64,000 bases of DNA from Ostrea edulis. Lineage: Eukaryota. The stretch covers positions 48,484,001 through 48,548,000 of the forward strand of contig NC_079165.1 of the NCBI RefSeq assembly GCF_947568905.1, read 5' to 3'. Below the pieces are notes generated by a model. That model did not search any database. It saw only the letters and a program-made list of their open reading frames with translations, and was not told the DNA's origin. This document shows, one piece after another, positions 37,450 through 50,183 of the stretch. Numbering within the stretch: the first letter of the stretch is position 1; each line of letters opens with the position of its first letter. Made by a program: the position numbers and the translations under genes.

Positions 37450-39130
37450 ATTATTATAAGATAAGTTTATTCCAATTTTGGGCCCAGAGGGCATAACAGC
37501 AAGACAAGCTTATTAAGATGGAAATTTCAAAAAAGAAAGTTTACAACATTAACTACAGGTTACATGGACTGCAAACTACATGTGGATGTAGCATGTTGGG
37601 GAAACGAGTACATACATATATGAATTGCTAATCAGGTGTATACACAAGTAAATGGGCAATATCAGTATTATACCAACATATGAATAATAAACTATAATGA
37701 TTTTTGCAGTTCTTTTTCTGAAAGTTTTAACTAAATATTCACTCAATTTGACAATTACTGGTTTCTCTTAATTAATTATCAACCAAATTTGTCCTTATTT
37801 GTTAAATAGATAAATTTTTGTTGAGCTTGTATATACCATAAAAAAACCATTTCTCTCTTCAACATAGAATGGACAATCAGTGATGAAATGAAATTCATCT
37901 TCAACACAATTAAGGATACATAATTCACATATTCTTTTGTTTCTTTCTAAAGAAATCTTCTGGCCAGAATTGGTTTTTATAAATTCATACCTTTCTCTTT
38001 CAATTCGAAGGTCATGTGCACTAATTCGAAATCTACATAGAGTTTTTCTTAATTTTAGGGATTCTAAAAATATATAACTTTCCATATTAAAGTAACTCCA
38101 TACTCGCAGTTTTATCTGATACAAGTTTGAAAAATTTAATTATTTTCCATTCATTAGAGTTAAAACTAACAAATTATCAAATAAAATACATAGGTCATCA
38201 CACTTTTTAAGATACGAGACGTACATATACAGAATCATATATCACCGTCAGGAAATTGCAATTTTCCTTAAACAGCGTTATCAAAATTTCATACAAACTG
38301 GTTATTATGATATAGTAGCATTCATAACAATTTCATGAAACTGTATCTCCACAAAAATATACAAAATGTCTGTAACAAATAAAGGAAATATATCGCATAA
38401 TAGACTTGATAAAGAAATCAATAGAAAGAGTTATTTTGAAACGTATCATTGATTATTCATCTATAACTTAGACTTTTAAAACAGTTTATTTTTAACGAGA
38501 TATCGGAAAAGACTCCAACAAAATTTATGTTTCTATCATGCATAAATCTAAATAAATTATTGATTTTGCAAAATATGATGACATCACAGGAGGGTGGAAT
38601 TATTTTAAAATTGTTTCCGTACCTGATTCTTCATTTGTTTTCTGAAAAATGAGAATTTGAGATTTTTACAATTGGGTACCAAAATGCCCATTTATTCTCA
38701 AAATAACTAATGTTTTTGTACCAACAATTTAAATTACATGAATTCAGATTGATATTCTCTGTATAAGCTCTGTATAGCAGGGATGATTCTGGGCAATTCT
38801 CAAGTCTATGCCAATATAGTAAAATACTTTGGATTATAGAGCAGAACATAGGACATCTACCCAATTCAGAGATTATTGCAATATTAGTACTTCTTTTACC
38901 GGCACCCAGTAGATGTTTACAAAACTTTATATTCAGGTTTTCTACCTCCCAATTTTTAAAGATATCATATAAATCTCTGTCTTTTTCTAGCATGCGTGCT
39001 GAAAGTGTTCCCCATATCTTCCAGCCATACAAGGCAATGGGTTTTACCATATGGTCAAAAAGATGTAAAAAATGTTTTAATTGGTGGATCTATAGATTTG
39101 ATGTCTTTATAAAGTTGTTTTATTGTATAG
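37450..39130 (-). mobile_element. 5'-truncated LINE (ORF2 post-RT region, Zn-finger, 3' UTR)
   Basis: FDHMVKPIALYG..IWG, KFCKHLLG..KRSTNIAIISELGR, RKTLCRFRISAHDLRIE..RICELC..VEDEFHFITDCPFY..ER; AATAAA terminus at ~37470. Confidence 0.8.
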
Positions 39131-40305
39131 ATCAGATTTTGCTTCCTTGAATGAACCACAGAAGGATAATATTACTCCTAGATATTTATATTTGTTAGTA
39201 CATTCAATATATATGTTACCGAACACAAAGTTTTCTTTAATTAGGTGTCCGATTTTATTAAAATTGACTATATATTATATATTACATGTATACATTGTAA
39301 CGAGGCTGTCCAGGGGTTAGTCCCGTACAAGATTTAACCACCGAGTCCAATATAAAGGATGAAGAGATTTCCAGTGTTTTAAATGATTTATATAGTATAA
39401 AAAATATTATGTTAGACAGATTATGATCTATGAATATAAACAAGAAAGTTTGAGAAGGAGTGCGACTTTTAAGATAATTACCATAATTTTGCCCCTGTCC
39501 CTAAAAGCAGCTAATCATTAATCAATTAAAGTTATGTCTGTCTCTCTCTCTATCTAACGTTTTTTTTAAATACTAAACTAAAACCCGGCCGGTCCGAAAC
39601 CCGGCCGCGCCCAATCCGGACGAGCTCATAGCTAAGGGAGTTAACTCTAAATAAAACAAAGAGTAAAGATGGAAAGTACCTAACGCTAAAATACATTATC
39701 AAGGAAAATATATACAAAACCATCACACAATTTTTCAATGTTGTTTCCGGGGGGTAGGGTGTGGGGGTGGGGTGGGGGGTTGAAAACCTATTAATTGGTT
39801 AGGTTAATAAAATCGTCATTTATGGTGGCAGCCAGTAAAACATAATGAAATTTGAAAAGTTGAATTATAATTCAAGTCTTTTGCAGTATATTTGTTTTTA
39901 CAACATACTGTCACAATCGGTAGAAGAAGGAAGGAAGGAAGGGGGGAGGGGATTAGAAAATGACAAAGCAAGGAGGGGGGGGGGGGGGGTAGGCATCCAC
40001 AGGCACTTGCTTAATATTTCTCACAATAAATTATGATGATTTTAATAATACATATACATTTGTATGAGGTATATGAAACGATGGATTCTGAGCATGACTT
40101 CCCGTTCTCTCTGTATTTTCTGCTTTCCTTGTTCATAAGGTCTTTGGTTTTACAAAACGCTGACCTCCTTTCAATATATCACTACATAAAATATTTTCCG
40201 TGTTCCGTTCCGTTGTCCGTTTTAGCAGCACCCCAAATACATAGAGTTGTCTCTAGACTTACTGCATATCAATGATAATTTCTAACCGAAATGTAATCAT
40301 ATAAT

Positions 40306-40645
40306 CAGTGGTGGATTTGAGGGGGCCCACCCGGCTGTCCCCCGCCCCTAAAATTTTCAAATTTAAGGTAAATCATAGTATCATGGTCTCTTGTAAAGAA
40401 AAAAAAAAGATAAAAGAAGCAATTTTTTTCCACTCTCGGAGAAATAAATGACAAGATCTTTTACTTTTTTGAGTTACTTTCATCGGGAGAACTTATACAT
40501 GGATATATATTTTTAAAATAAGAACCTTTTTATAATTTCACATAATTAAAAATGACAGAAGATAGTAAAAATGACTACATAGGAGACATATTTCAAGCCC
40601 TATAAAATCTGTAAAATCCAAGAGCTTCGCCCTCTGGACCCACAG
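40306..40645 (+). mobile_element. MITE fragment, same family as 46053-46320
   Basis: Starts CAGTGGTGGATTT; shares GGAGAAATAAATGACAA, GGGAGAACTTA and TAGGAGACAT..TTCAAGCCC..AAATCTGTAAAAT with the 46053 copy. Confidence 0.7.
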
Positions 40646-40940
40646 GCAGTTATATCGCTTGGGTTCAAATTACATATGTTACTATATATTTTTTCCATGA
40701 TTGAAAGCACTCACACCTAAGCAGATGAAGATAAAAATAAGATGCTACACGTCTCCCAGCTTTTCAACTTTCTCAGACACCAGCTTCTTCAAACAATGTT
40801 TGATGCTAACCGATGGACCGCCTAAAATGTATGTCAACCCCGAAAGATCACATAACAAATGTATATATGTGATCACTTTTACAGGGACCACGAGATGCTC
40901 GTCTATACCATTTTTATTACAATTAACGAGTTCGGTTATA

Positions 40941-41024
40941 CAGTTTCGTTTCTTTCTGTTTCGTTAGATTTCCTTTTGTTTCGTTTCAGCAGGTTTCGTT
41001 TCGTTTCGCACTTTACAGGTACCC
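40941..41024. repeat. (GTTTC)n-rich probable transposon terminus
   Basis: Degenerate GTTTC repeats ending CGCACTTTACAGGTACCC; partner end not found. Confidence 0.4.
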
Positions 41025-41792
41025 AATGTTAACAGACGTGGTTTTTGCCTCAGAATATAGTGTGCCTTGTGCAAGAATCCTGATGTAACTCAGTTTTTAT
41101 TTCCATTATCCCTGAGATGATCTAGATTGTTATTTTGATATTCTGACACAAAATGGCTATTTTTCACAAAGCTCTCTTTCATAAAACATCGAATTTTCAT
41201 TCTTTATCTCTATAAATCCATATCTTTCCACAACACGTTTAGTAATAGAAAAACGTTATTTGTCCAAAGCTGTCTTCGCAAAATGAGAATTTAGCTGAAG
41301 TTTTCTTAAAACTGAAAAATTGATGTAGCAAATTCGATTTTTTTAAATATATACAGTCATATTTTGAGACAAGAAATATATAGCAACATTTAACAATTTA
41401 TGTACGTGTGTACCGTCATTATTGTCCTGATGAGTTACGCGTTACGATGGTTGTTTTGTACAAATGACTACCTTTTTTGATGTGAAGTAGACTTAAGACT
41501 CTCTTTAAACCCTTTTTAATTTTTTTTTTACCAGAAATGGTCATCATATATAAAATGTTGTAATTTTTCTAATATACCATCAGTTGATAAAACTTGGTCG
41601 ATGAAGAGGCGTAACCGCAATCAACAAGAATTATTTGTGTAAATCATTTATAATAATATTAATTTACATGCTGTATATATTTCTGGAATGACAACTTTAG
41701 GTACGAGAGGTATGACATAGTAAACGTTTCCATATTTAATCTTTTCCATTTGTATTGTATAATTGTTTCAATTATTTATTGATCTATTTTAA

Positions 41793-44700
41793 TTATAACT
41801 TAGATTTTCCATTTATATTGAATAATTTTTCATCTATATTGAATATTTTCTGTTTTCTATGAACATGCAATAAAAGCAAATTGTTTGTTCGTATTTGGCT
41901 CATTGTTGATCTCAGTGATGTTTTCAATCTTTTCAAGGCGCTGAATGAGCGCTCACTGGTAGCGTTAGTTGCAGGAAGTACCAAAATTAGTTTGAGAATT
42001 TTGAGGATCTCGGCAAACAGACTTTTTTCATTTGAATGTCTGAAAAATTCAACCACACTTGGTATATCTGGCATTGGCAAAACAGTCAAAAAAGCTGGCA
42101 GTGAAGATCCTTTGGCTTCAAATCTGTATCATATACGGTCGTGACAAAATTAAATTCTTCTTCAAACGTTTGACCTGTGCAAGCCTTAATTACGAGGTTT
42201 TCAAGATTAACATAAGCTTTGTAACCTGCTTGGTCAAATCTAGATTTTATGCCAGCTAAAAGCAGATCTAATGCCTCGTAGAAATCTTTCCTATACATAT
42301 CTGCACACGATGAAAAAGTATGTGCTGCTGTCCCATCATCAAGTTTACGAGGAATTTTGCGTTTTCTAGGAAGAACAGGATCTTCGATGTTCATCTGTTT
42401 TGCTTTTTCAACAACTTCCTCGTAAAACTGAGTGAAGATTGTCTCATCTCGGAGACTTTGCAAAGCACTCATTGTCGTTGATGCCATTTTTTGACCATCA
42501 CCTGCCGAGAGATTTGGAGCCTGCAGAGCCCTTGCCAAATTATCACTATAACGTAAAAGTTTTTCACTCAGTAAACACCGAAAGAAGAAATCAAACCTGC
42601 ACATATAAGCAGCCACTCCCCGAATTCTGTTTCTCATTTCTACCTCACGCACGTATTGGGGGCTTTCATTTCAAACATTTCTTAGAATTTCATTGTTTGA
42701 CAAAATGCTCAAAAATGTGTCGGCTTTTATTGTCCATCTTGTGGGACATAAAACCCTTATTCCCGCTGACGTTTTCTCTAGATTTTGGGCATTTTTTAAT
42801 GTATTGAAAATCATCTCCCTTCTTGGAGATTCTTTAATCAACTTTGTTATATCCTTTGCAATGTCCAGGGTGTTTCTAAGCAACTTACATCCCTTAATAG
42901 AATCACTACAAGCTAGGTTAAGAGCATGACCATAACAGTGTATGTATGGGTTAAAGTGCATGGATTTGTTTTGCAACACCTGTCTTTGAACCAGCCATTT
43001 CATAACACTGGCCTCGTACTTTGTTGATAGGCAGATCGAACCTCAAAAGGGCATCTTTAATTGCTAGGGTTATTGAATTAGCCCCAATGTCAGAAAGACA
43101 GTACATCCCTAATAAATCTTCATGAGCGGTAAAATTTTGATCAACCCATCGAATGCATAAAACAAGTTGCTCTTTGTTGGAAATATCTCGTATTTTGTCT
43201 GCCATTATTGAAAAGAATTCAGACGATTTGATGAAAGCAACAATTTGTCGCAAAACCTGCAACCCCATCACCTGCAAAATTCCATTTTGTATATCTGGAG
43301 CAACATACTTATTTGTCTTGTGTTGTAGCCATTCCTGAAGCTGGGGATCGCGTTTAGCCTCTAGCATGAGAAGTTGATTAAAGTTCGAGTTTTTCTCGTC
43401 TTTGTCACCCCGAAGAGCAATTCCTTGTCGAGCAAGAAACTTCAAAATGTTTGTGATTTTAAGCAAATTCTCTCTGTTAGACTTCTTCTCGACTTCGTGC
43501 GTCTTTGAAAGACATTCTCCAACATCTTTAACCTCCTCCTTTATCGTAAACTCCCTTTCCATTGCCTCTTTATGGCAATCACTTTTCTCGTGTGCGGCGA
43601 ATTTTGTGGTTGCTTTTTTCCAGTTTTTAAAACCACTTGATATGAAAGCTTTTTCTTTCTTGTGACAACTGAGAGTCTTCTTCTGAAATGATTTTATGCA
43701 AGGAAAACAGAATACAACATCTTTGATTTCTACATAATGTAACCATGACCACCGATCAAACCAGGAGGCATTGAAAGATCTCATCTTTTTACCAAACTTT
43801 TTTGCTGGAAAGAAAATATTCCGTGGCTGATTTGGGGTACTACCGATCTCTGGTGTATGCCATTTTTCATGTACAACCTGGGCCTTTTGAACTGGTGTTT
43901 CTGAGATATCATCTTCTGAAGAAGAAGAAGAAAAAGAATCAATAAAGGAAGCAACCTTAACATGTTTGTTTGTTTCTTTGTTTGTAGTTTCCCCCAATTT
44001 ACCTGTTTCAATAGACTCCTCATTTGTGTTAGACTCCAAGAGTGGGGAAGGACTATCTTGTGATTGTTTTGGTTCAAATGAGCGATGAGGTTCAGAATCC
44101 TCAAAGGATAACCTCGAACGCTTTGAAAGAGGTTCCTTATGCTTGTGAATACAGGCAACAAAATGATTAGGTATCCAACCATCTATTTTTGTAGCAATTG
44201 TTTGAGTCCACATGATGTGGATAGCATCCTGATATTCTTTAGCATCAGCACGGTCAAGAGGAACAATAAGCTGATTATGATCTTGTCTGTTTACACCAGG
44301 GTTTTGCACCTCGGGGAAAATCGACATGATTGGTTTCTGCAAAACGTTAGAAGCTACGAACATATGTAAAAGGCTTGAATAGTAACCGTTCTGGGTTGTT
44401 TTTATTGTTTCCTTTTGTAACAAAGCAATCAAATCACCAGTAATTAAACACTCTTCTGACAGGGAACTTTCAAAGACATATTGAAGTGAACTTTTGTTTG
44501 TGGACATGGTCACAAAAGTGTTTTCATTCGTGTAGCGCTTCAGGTTTGAAACAAGTTCAAACACAATTCGTACCCTCATTTCCTTAAAATTGTCCTCATG
44601 TCCAAACACAAAGAAAGAGAGAGTTCTGAATAAACAATTCCCATCACCATATATCTGAATCGGGATAAGCTCAGAAGGAGCATCATTTGGATAGAGCTCT

Positions 44701-44894
44701 GAGGAAACAGCATCTTTTCGAATATTCGAAGTTGGGATATTAGGTATGCTTGTTGGAAGAGGATATTTCTTAAACATTTGCCCTTTGAGTCTAACAAGAA
44801 AACTTAGTGCTCGCCATCCCTTTTTTCCTGCATTCCTCGCTTCTTCGTGCACTTTTTCGAAAAATGCCTTTCTTTCGTCCGTCTGGGCATACAT
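41793..44894 (-). pseudogene. hAT (ZMYM1/TTF-type) transposase with N-terminal OTU/vertnin-like domain; frameshifted
   Basis: OTU-like YGDGNCLFR and WIPNHFV; TTF Zn-finger RSFNASWFDRWSWLHY...FCFPC; DUF4371-like FLARQGIALRGD, SIMAD, EQLVLCIRWV; CxxH in IHCYGHALNL; dimerisation PATNATSERSFSALKRLKT. Confidence 0.88.
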
Positions 44895-45809
44895 TGTGAA
44901 ATATAATCAAAGTTAAAACTGTGCGGATGGTTAATCTTACACTGATACGATAGTGTCTACTCTTGGACCAAGAATGAAACAGGTCTTGACAGCCTGAGAC
45001 TTTACAAGCTTTGAAAAAGTTGTCACACGTCATGACCTACGTCACATTGGGGGTGTTACGTCACTGATAAATAGTACTTCACACATTGTCGGGTTTACCT
45101 TTACCATAAAAACTGTGATGATAAAAAAGTCAACAATTCATCATATTAGCTTTACAAATAGATTTTAAATATTTTCAAACGTTGAACTGGTATTAGGGCA
45201 GTTGGGCATATACATTTTTGTATCAAGACGAAGTTTCTATGAACAAGTTATCTAATGAATTATTAGACCTTGAAAGTTAGTCAAGGTCACACATATTAGA
45301 TACCTTTTGATCAGTCGTCCCTTGCGAGATTTTTTCACTTGTATGATTCGTCAACAAATACCGGTAAAGGACTTTAAACGACACAAGTGCCGGGCACTTG
45401 GCAAAGGAACAGTCACTACATATCATAGGTTTGACGCCAGATGCGGAGCTGGGAACGAGAACCGAACCATTACCTCATGATTACGACCTTTTGGATGATG
45501 CCCTAAGAAATGTTAAGGCATTAAGTGCTTTTCATAATATTTTTTTTTATTTAAGCTAAAGGACAGTCACACTGACTGACTCTGAGTCTCATTGAATTAA
45601 ATGAACTTTCTGCTTAAAAATGATTATACATTACACTATATGTGAATTTTACTATATGAATTTTTTTGGGGGGGAAATATTGCCCCCCCCCCCCCCCCCC
45701 GGTGACCCCCCCCCCCCCGGTTCCTACGGCCATGAGCGATAACTGTTTCTATATTTGTACGAAACAACCATCGTAACGCAATCTCTCATCATGATGATAC
45801 ACATGTAAA

Positions 45810-46345
45810 TTGATTGTATATTGTTTAATTCCCTCTCGAGAATCTTCCACTCATATGGAGATGTCGCCATAGCCGATGAAGGGCTGCAAGTTTTAAACCT
45901 ATGCTCGGCGCTTAAATGGCCTTTGAGCAGGAAGGGATCTTTATCGTGCCACACCTGCTGTGACGCGGGGCCTCGGTTTTTGCGGTCTTTTCCGAAGGAT
46001 CGCCCCATTTAGTCACCTCTTACGACAAGCAAGGGGTACTGAGGACCAATTCCAGTGGCGGATTTAAGGGGGTGGGGGCGCCGGAGAAATAAATGACAAA
46101 ATCTTTTGATTCCTCGAATTACTTTATTGGGAGAACTTAATTTTTTTCGAAAAACCCTTAAAATCTGCGTCATTTTATTAATTTCACCTTATAAAAAATG
46201 ATAGAATAGAAAAGACTGAATAGGAGACATTTCAAGCCCAATGAAATCTGTAAAATTCCCCAGACCCCCTGCCTCATAAAGTGGCGCCCCCCGAAACCGC
46301 GATTCCTGGATCCGCCCCTGAATTCTGACCCGACTCGCCACGGAA
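45810..46345 (-). mobile_element. SINE-like element 'B' copy interrupted by a MITE
   Basis: TTGATTGTATATTG tail at 45810; body homologous to 8587-8854; resumes after 46325. Confidence 0.8.
46053..46320. mobile_element. MITE with CAGTGGCGGAT/ATCCGCCCCTG termini and 5-bp TSD
   Basis: AATTC at 46048-46052 and 46321-46325; removing the element and one AATTC restores the SINE sequence GAGGACC-AATTC-TGACCCG. Confidence 0.8.
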
Positions 46346-46376
46346 TGATAAACGAAGGAAAATTCAGTAGAATCTA

Positions 46377-46960
46377 CAAACATGTATAGGTAAACAGTAA
46401 ACCCAACCAAAAACAGTCCCCCAAATACAATACAAACATGTATAGGTAAACAGTAAACTGAACCAAAAACAGTCCCTCAAATACAATACAAAAACATGTA
46501 TAGGTAAACAGTCAACCCAACCAAAAACAGTCCCCCAAATACAATACAAACATGTATAGGTAAACAGTCAACCCAACCAAAAACAGTACCTCAAATACAA
46601 TACAAACATGTATAGGAAAACAGTCAACCCAACCAAAAACAGTACCTCAAATACAATACAAAAACATGTATAGGTAAACAGTAAACCCAACCAAAAACAG
46701 TCCCCCAAATACAATACAAACATGTATAGGTAAACAGTAAACTCAACCAAAAACAGTCCCTCAAATACAATACAAACATGTATAAGTAAACAGTAAACTC
46801 AACCAAAAACAGTCCCTCAAATACAGTACAAACATGTATAGGTAAACTGTCAACCCAACCAAAAACAGTCCCTCAAATACAATACAAACATGTATAGGTA
46901 AACAGTAAAAGTAAACCCAACCAAACACAGTCCCCCAAATCCATAACAAACATGTATAGG
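46377..46960. repeat. Minisatellite, ~10 units of 56-58 bp
   Basis: Unit AAACATGTATAGGTAAACAGTCAACCCAACCAAAAACAGTCCCCCAAATACAATAC. Confidence 0.95.
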
Positions 46961-47456
46961 TGAAAAGTAGTTAAGAAAAAAACAATCCACCAAATACAAT
47001 ACAAATGGGAAAATATACAATGCAAACAAAAATTATACAATCCAAACGGAATGTTTAAAAATTATACAATACAAATTGAAAATATACTTTACAAATGAAA
47101 AATTCATACCATGCAAATTATGGTTATAAAGTTATTCAACTGAATACAAATGAAAAAGATAGAGAAGGAGCATTACACTCTCGGGTTATAGCATTCAAAA
47201 GTGACAATTCATTACATTTTACTAACAATGTGTACTATGTACATATTCAATGCATGTATGTTCCTAAACTAGTGTCCCTTGGTACTTTCTTCTGTTATCT
47301 ATGCTTTATATACAAATGTCTTCACTTTGTAAGATTTTGATGTTTAATGATTTGTTCTATGTCTCTTGGGTTCTCTTCTTTATCTAGTTCTTTAGCTGTG
47401 GTTCGTAATATAAAAATAGACATCTTGGACTATCACTTCACCTTCAGTGCCGTGTT

Positions 47457-48110
47457 ATCTATGGCGTGTTTGACGCTCTAACCTGCGTCTACATCTATGG
47501 CGTGTTTGACGCTCTAACCTGCGTCTATATCTATGGCGTGTTTGACGCTCTAACCTGCGTCTACATCTATGGCGTGTTTGACGCTCTAACCTGCGTCTAT
47601 ATCTATGGCGTGTTTGACGTTCTAACATGCGTCTATATCTATGGCGTGTTTGACGTTCTAACATGCGTCTATATCTATGGCGTGTTTGACGCTCTAACAT
47701 GCGTCTATATCTATGGCGTGTTTGACGCTCTAACCTGCGTCTATATCTATGGCGTGTTTGACGTTCTAACATGCGTCTATATCTATGGCGTGTTTGACGT
47801 TCTAACATGCGTCTATATCTATGGCGTGTTTGACGCTCTAACCTGCGTCTATATCTATGGCGTGTTTGACGCTCTAACCTGCGTCTATATCTATGGCGTG
47901 TTTGACGTTCTAACATGCGTCTATATCTATGGCGTGTTTGACGTTCTAACATGCGTCTATATCTATGGCGTGTTTGACGTTCTAACATGCGTCTATATCT
48001 ATGGCGTGTTTGACGTTCTAACATGCGTCTATATCTATGGCGTGTTTGACGCTCTAACCTGCGTCTATATCTATGACGTGTTTGACGCTCTAACCTGCGT
48101 CTATATCTAT
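47457..48110. repeat. Minisatellite, ~18 units of 36 bp
   Basis: Unit ATCTATGGCGTGTTTGACG(C/T)TCTAAC(C/A)TGCGTCTA(T/C). Confidence 0.95.
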
Positions 48111-48282
48111 CCAGAACACATGACAAGCTTCTTTATCAGAGCGTTAGATGTTTTTCAGAACATTTAGAATGTCATGATTTCGGAGTCCAAGATATCGATT
48201 TTCTCTTTTTAAAAGATACATGTAGTTTAACAAAATCCTACGGAAGAGACACAAGTATTTTACGCGTTTTAAAAATCAATAT

Positions 48283-49127
48283 ATGCACCCAGGGGTGCAT
48301 GAGCCGAGTTGCATGGGATACATTGTAAAGTCAGGAATGATGTGGCATATTTATAATTGTGAAGAACTAATTTCAGTTTTAAACTTTTCGAGTTACTGTC
48401 CAGAAATCATATTTGTCTCAAGTTTTCAATCTATTTTCAGTCACTGTGACCTTGACCTTTGACCTTTTTACTCCAAAATCAATAGAGGCCTTGCTTTGCT
48501 GGTATCCAACAATATATCCAAGTTTCATTTGATTCAAACTAAAAAATTTCGAGTTATCCTCCGGAAACCAAAAGTTTTTTGAAATTTTAAATCTATTTTC
48601 GGTCACTGTAACCTTGAAATTTGACCTATTTTCTCCAAAATCAATAGGGGTCTTCCTTACCTGGTACATAACAATATCTATAAGTATCATTTGATTCGGA
48701 ATTAGACTTTCTGAGTTATCATCCGGAAACCAAATATTTCTGAAATTTTCATTCTATATTCGGTCACTGTGACCTTGACTTTTGACCTTTTTTCTCCAAA
48801 ATTTATAGGGATCTTCCTTACCTGGTACCCAACAATATATCAAAGTTTCATTTGATTCGGATTTAAACTTTCTGAGATATCATCCGGAAACCAAATTTTT
48901 CTGAAATGTTCATTCTATATTCGGTTACTGTGACCTTTACCTTTGACCTTTTTTCTTCAAAATCAATAGGGGTCTTCCTTACCTGGTACCCAACAATATA
49001 TCAAAGTTTCATCGGATTAGATTGTAAACTTTTTGAGTTATCATCCGGAAACCAATTGTTGACGCCCGCCCGCCCGCATCACCAAACCAATAGCCGAGTT
49101 CAACTTCCTTGCAACTCGGCTAAAAAA
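48283..49127 (+). mobile_element. HINE-like element with ~160-bp (Cg170-like) tandem units
   Basis: 5' palindrome ATGCACCC-AG-GGGTGCAT; subTIR AGCCGAGTTGCA (48302-48313) is the reverse complement of TGCAACTCGGCT (49110-49121); 3' hairpin TAGCCGAGTT...AACTCGGCTA then A-run; ~4 units with GTCACTGTGACCTTGAC; (GCCC)n. Confidence 0.85.
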
Positions 49128-49530
49128 CAACAAATTAACGTTAAAACTGTTCCGAAAATGTCATGTCGCGATAGATAGGCCTACCACACATGACCGTGTG
49201 TAGATGAACATTCAAGCCGTTGAAGTAAAATTCTGGTGATCTTTTTTACTTTTCTGTATCACAAGTATGCTGTATACATGCAAGTCCTTCATCAGAATGT
49301 ATGGAGGAATTCATTAAGATATGTTTTGTTCAGATTGAAGCAGAAATCATAATTGCGTACGCTTTCAAAAGTCGAGACATTTAGAAAGGATGGTAGATTT
49401 TGCGTATTTTATTTATAAACCAAAGTAAGAATTTACACCTGTCCATTATTTATGAACATCAGTTTGTGTCTAAAAACGTATATATATACCTATGAACAAC
49501 GTAGTGTACACATCTAATAGCATACATTCC

Positions 49531-50183
49531 TACTAAAGTGTTAGAACCACACGTACCCCAACGACATACTAAAGTGTTAGAACCACACGTACCACAACGA
49601 CATACTAAAGTGTTAGAACCACACGTACCACAACGACATACTAAAGTGTTAGAACCACACGTACTACAACGACATACTAAAGTGTTAGAACCACACGTAC
49701 CACAACGACATACTAAAGTGTTAGAACCACACGTACCACAACGACATACTAAACTGTTAGAACCACACGTACTACAACTACATACTAAAGTGTTAAAACC
49801 ACACGTACCACAACTACATACCACTAAAGTGTTAGAACCACACGTACCACAACGACATACTAAAGTGTTAGAACCACACGTACCACAACGACATACTAAA
49901 GTGTTAGAACCACACGTACCACAACTACATACCACTAAAGTGTTAGAACCACACGTACCACAACGACATACTAAAGTGTTAGAACCACACGTACCACAAC
50001 GACATACTAAAGTGTTAAAACCACACGTACTACAACTACATACTAAAGTGTTAAAACCACACGTACCACAACGACATACTAAAGTGTTAGAACCACACGT
50101 ACCACAACGACATACTAAAGTGTTAGAACCACACGTACCACAACGACATACTAAAGTGTTAGAACCACACGTACCACAACTAC
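49531..50183. repeat. Minisatellite, ~18 units of 36 bp (two 39-bp variants)
   Basis: Unit CTAAAGTGTTAGAACCACACGTACCACAACGACATA. Confidence 0.95.

Noticed and set aside
40306-46320. Single large hAT element bounded by CAGTGG..CCCCTG
   Set aside because: The right end belongs to a self-contained MITE with its own left end and a TSD inside a SINE.
47455-48167. Long ORFs on both strands (RYRRRLERQTRH / VYIYGVFDALTC repeats) and ORF 49538..50233
   Set aside because: An in-frame 36-bp period without stops explains them; there is no start context or unique coding flank.
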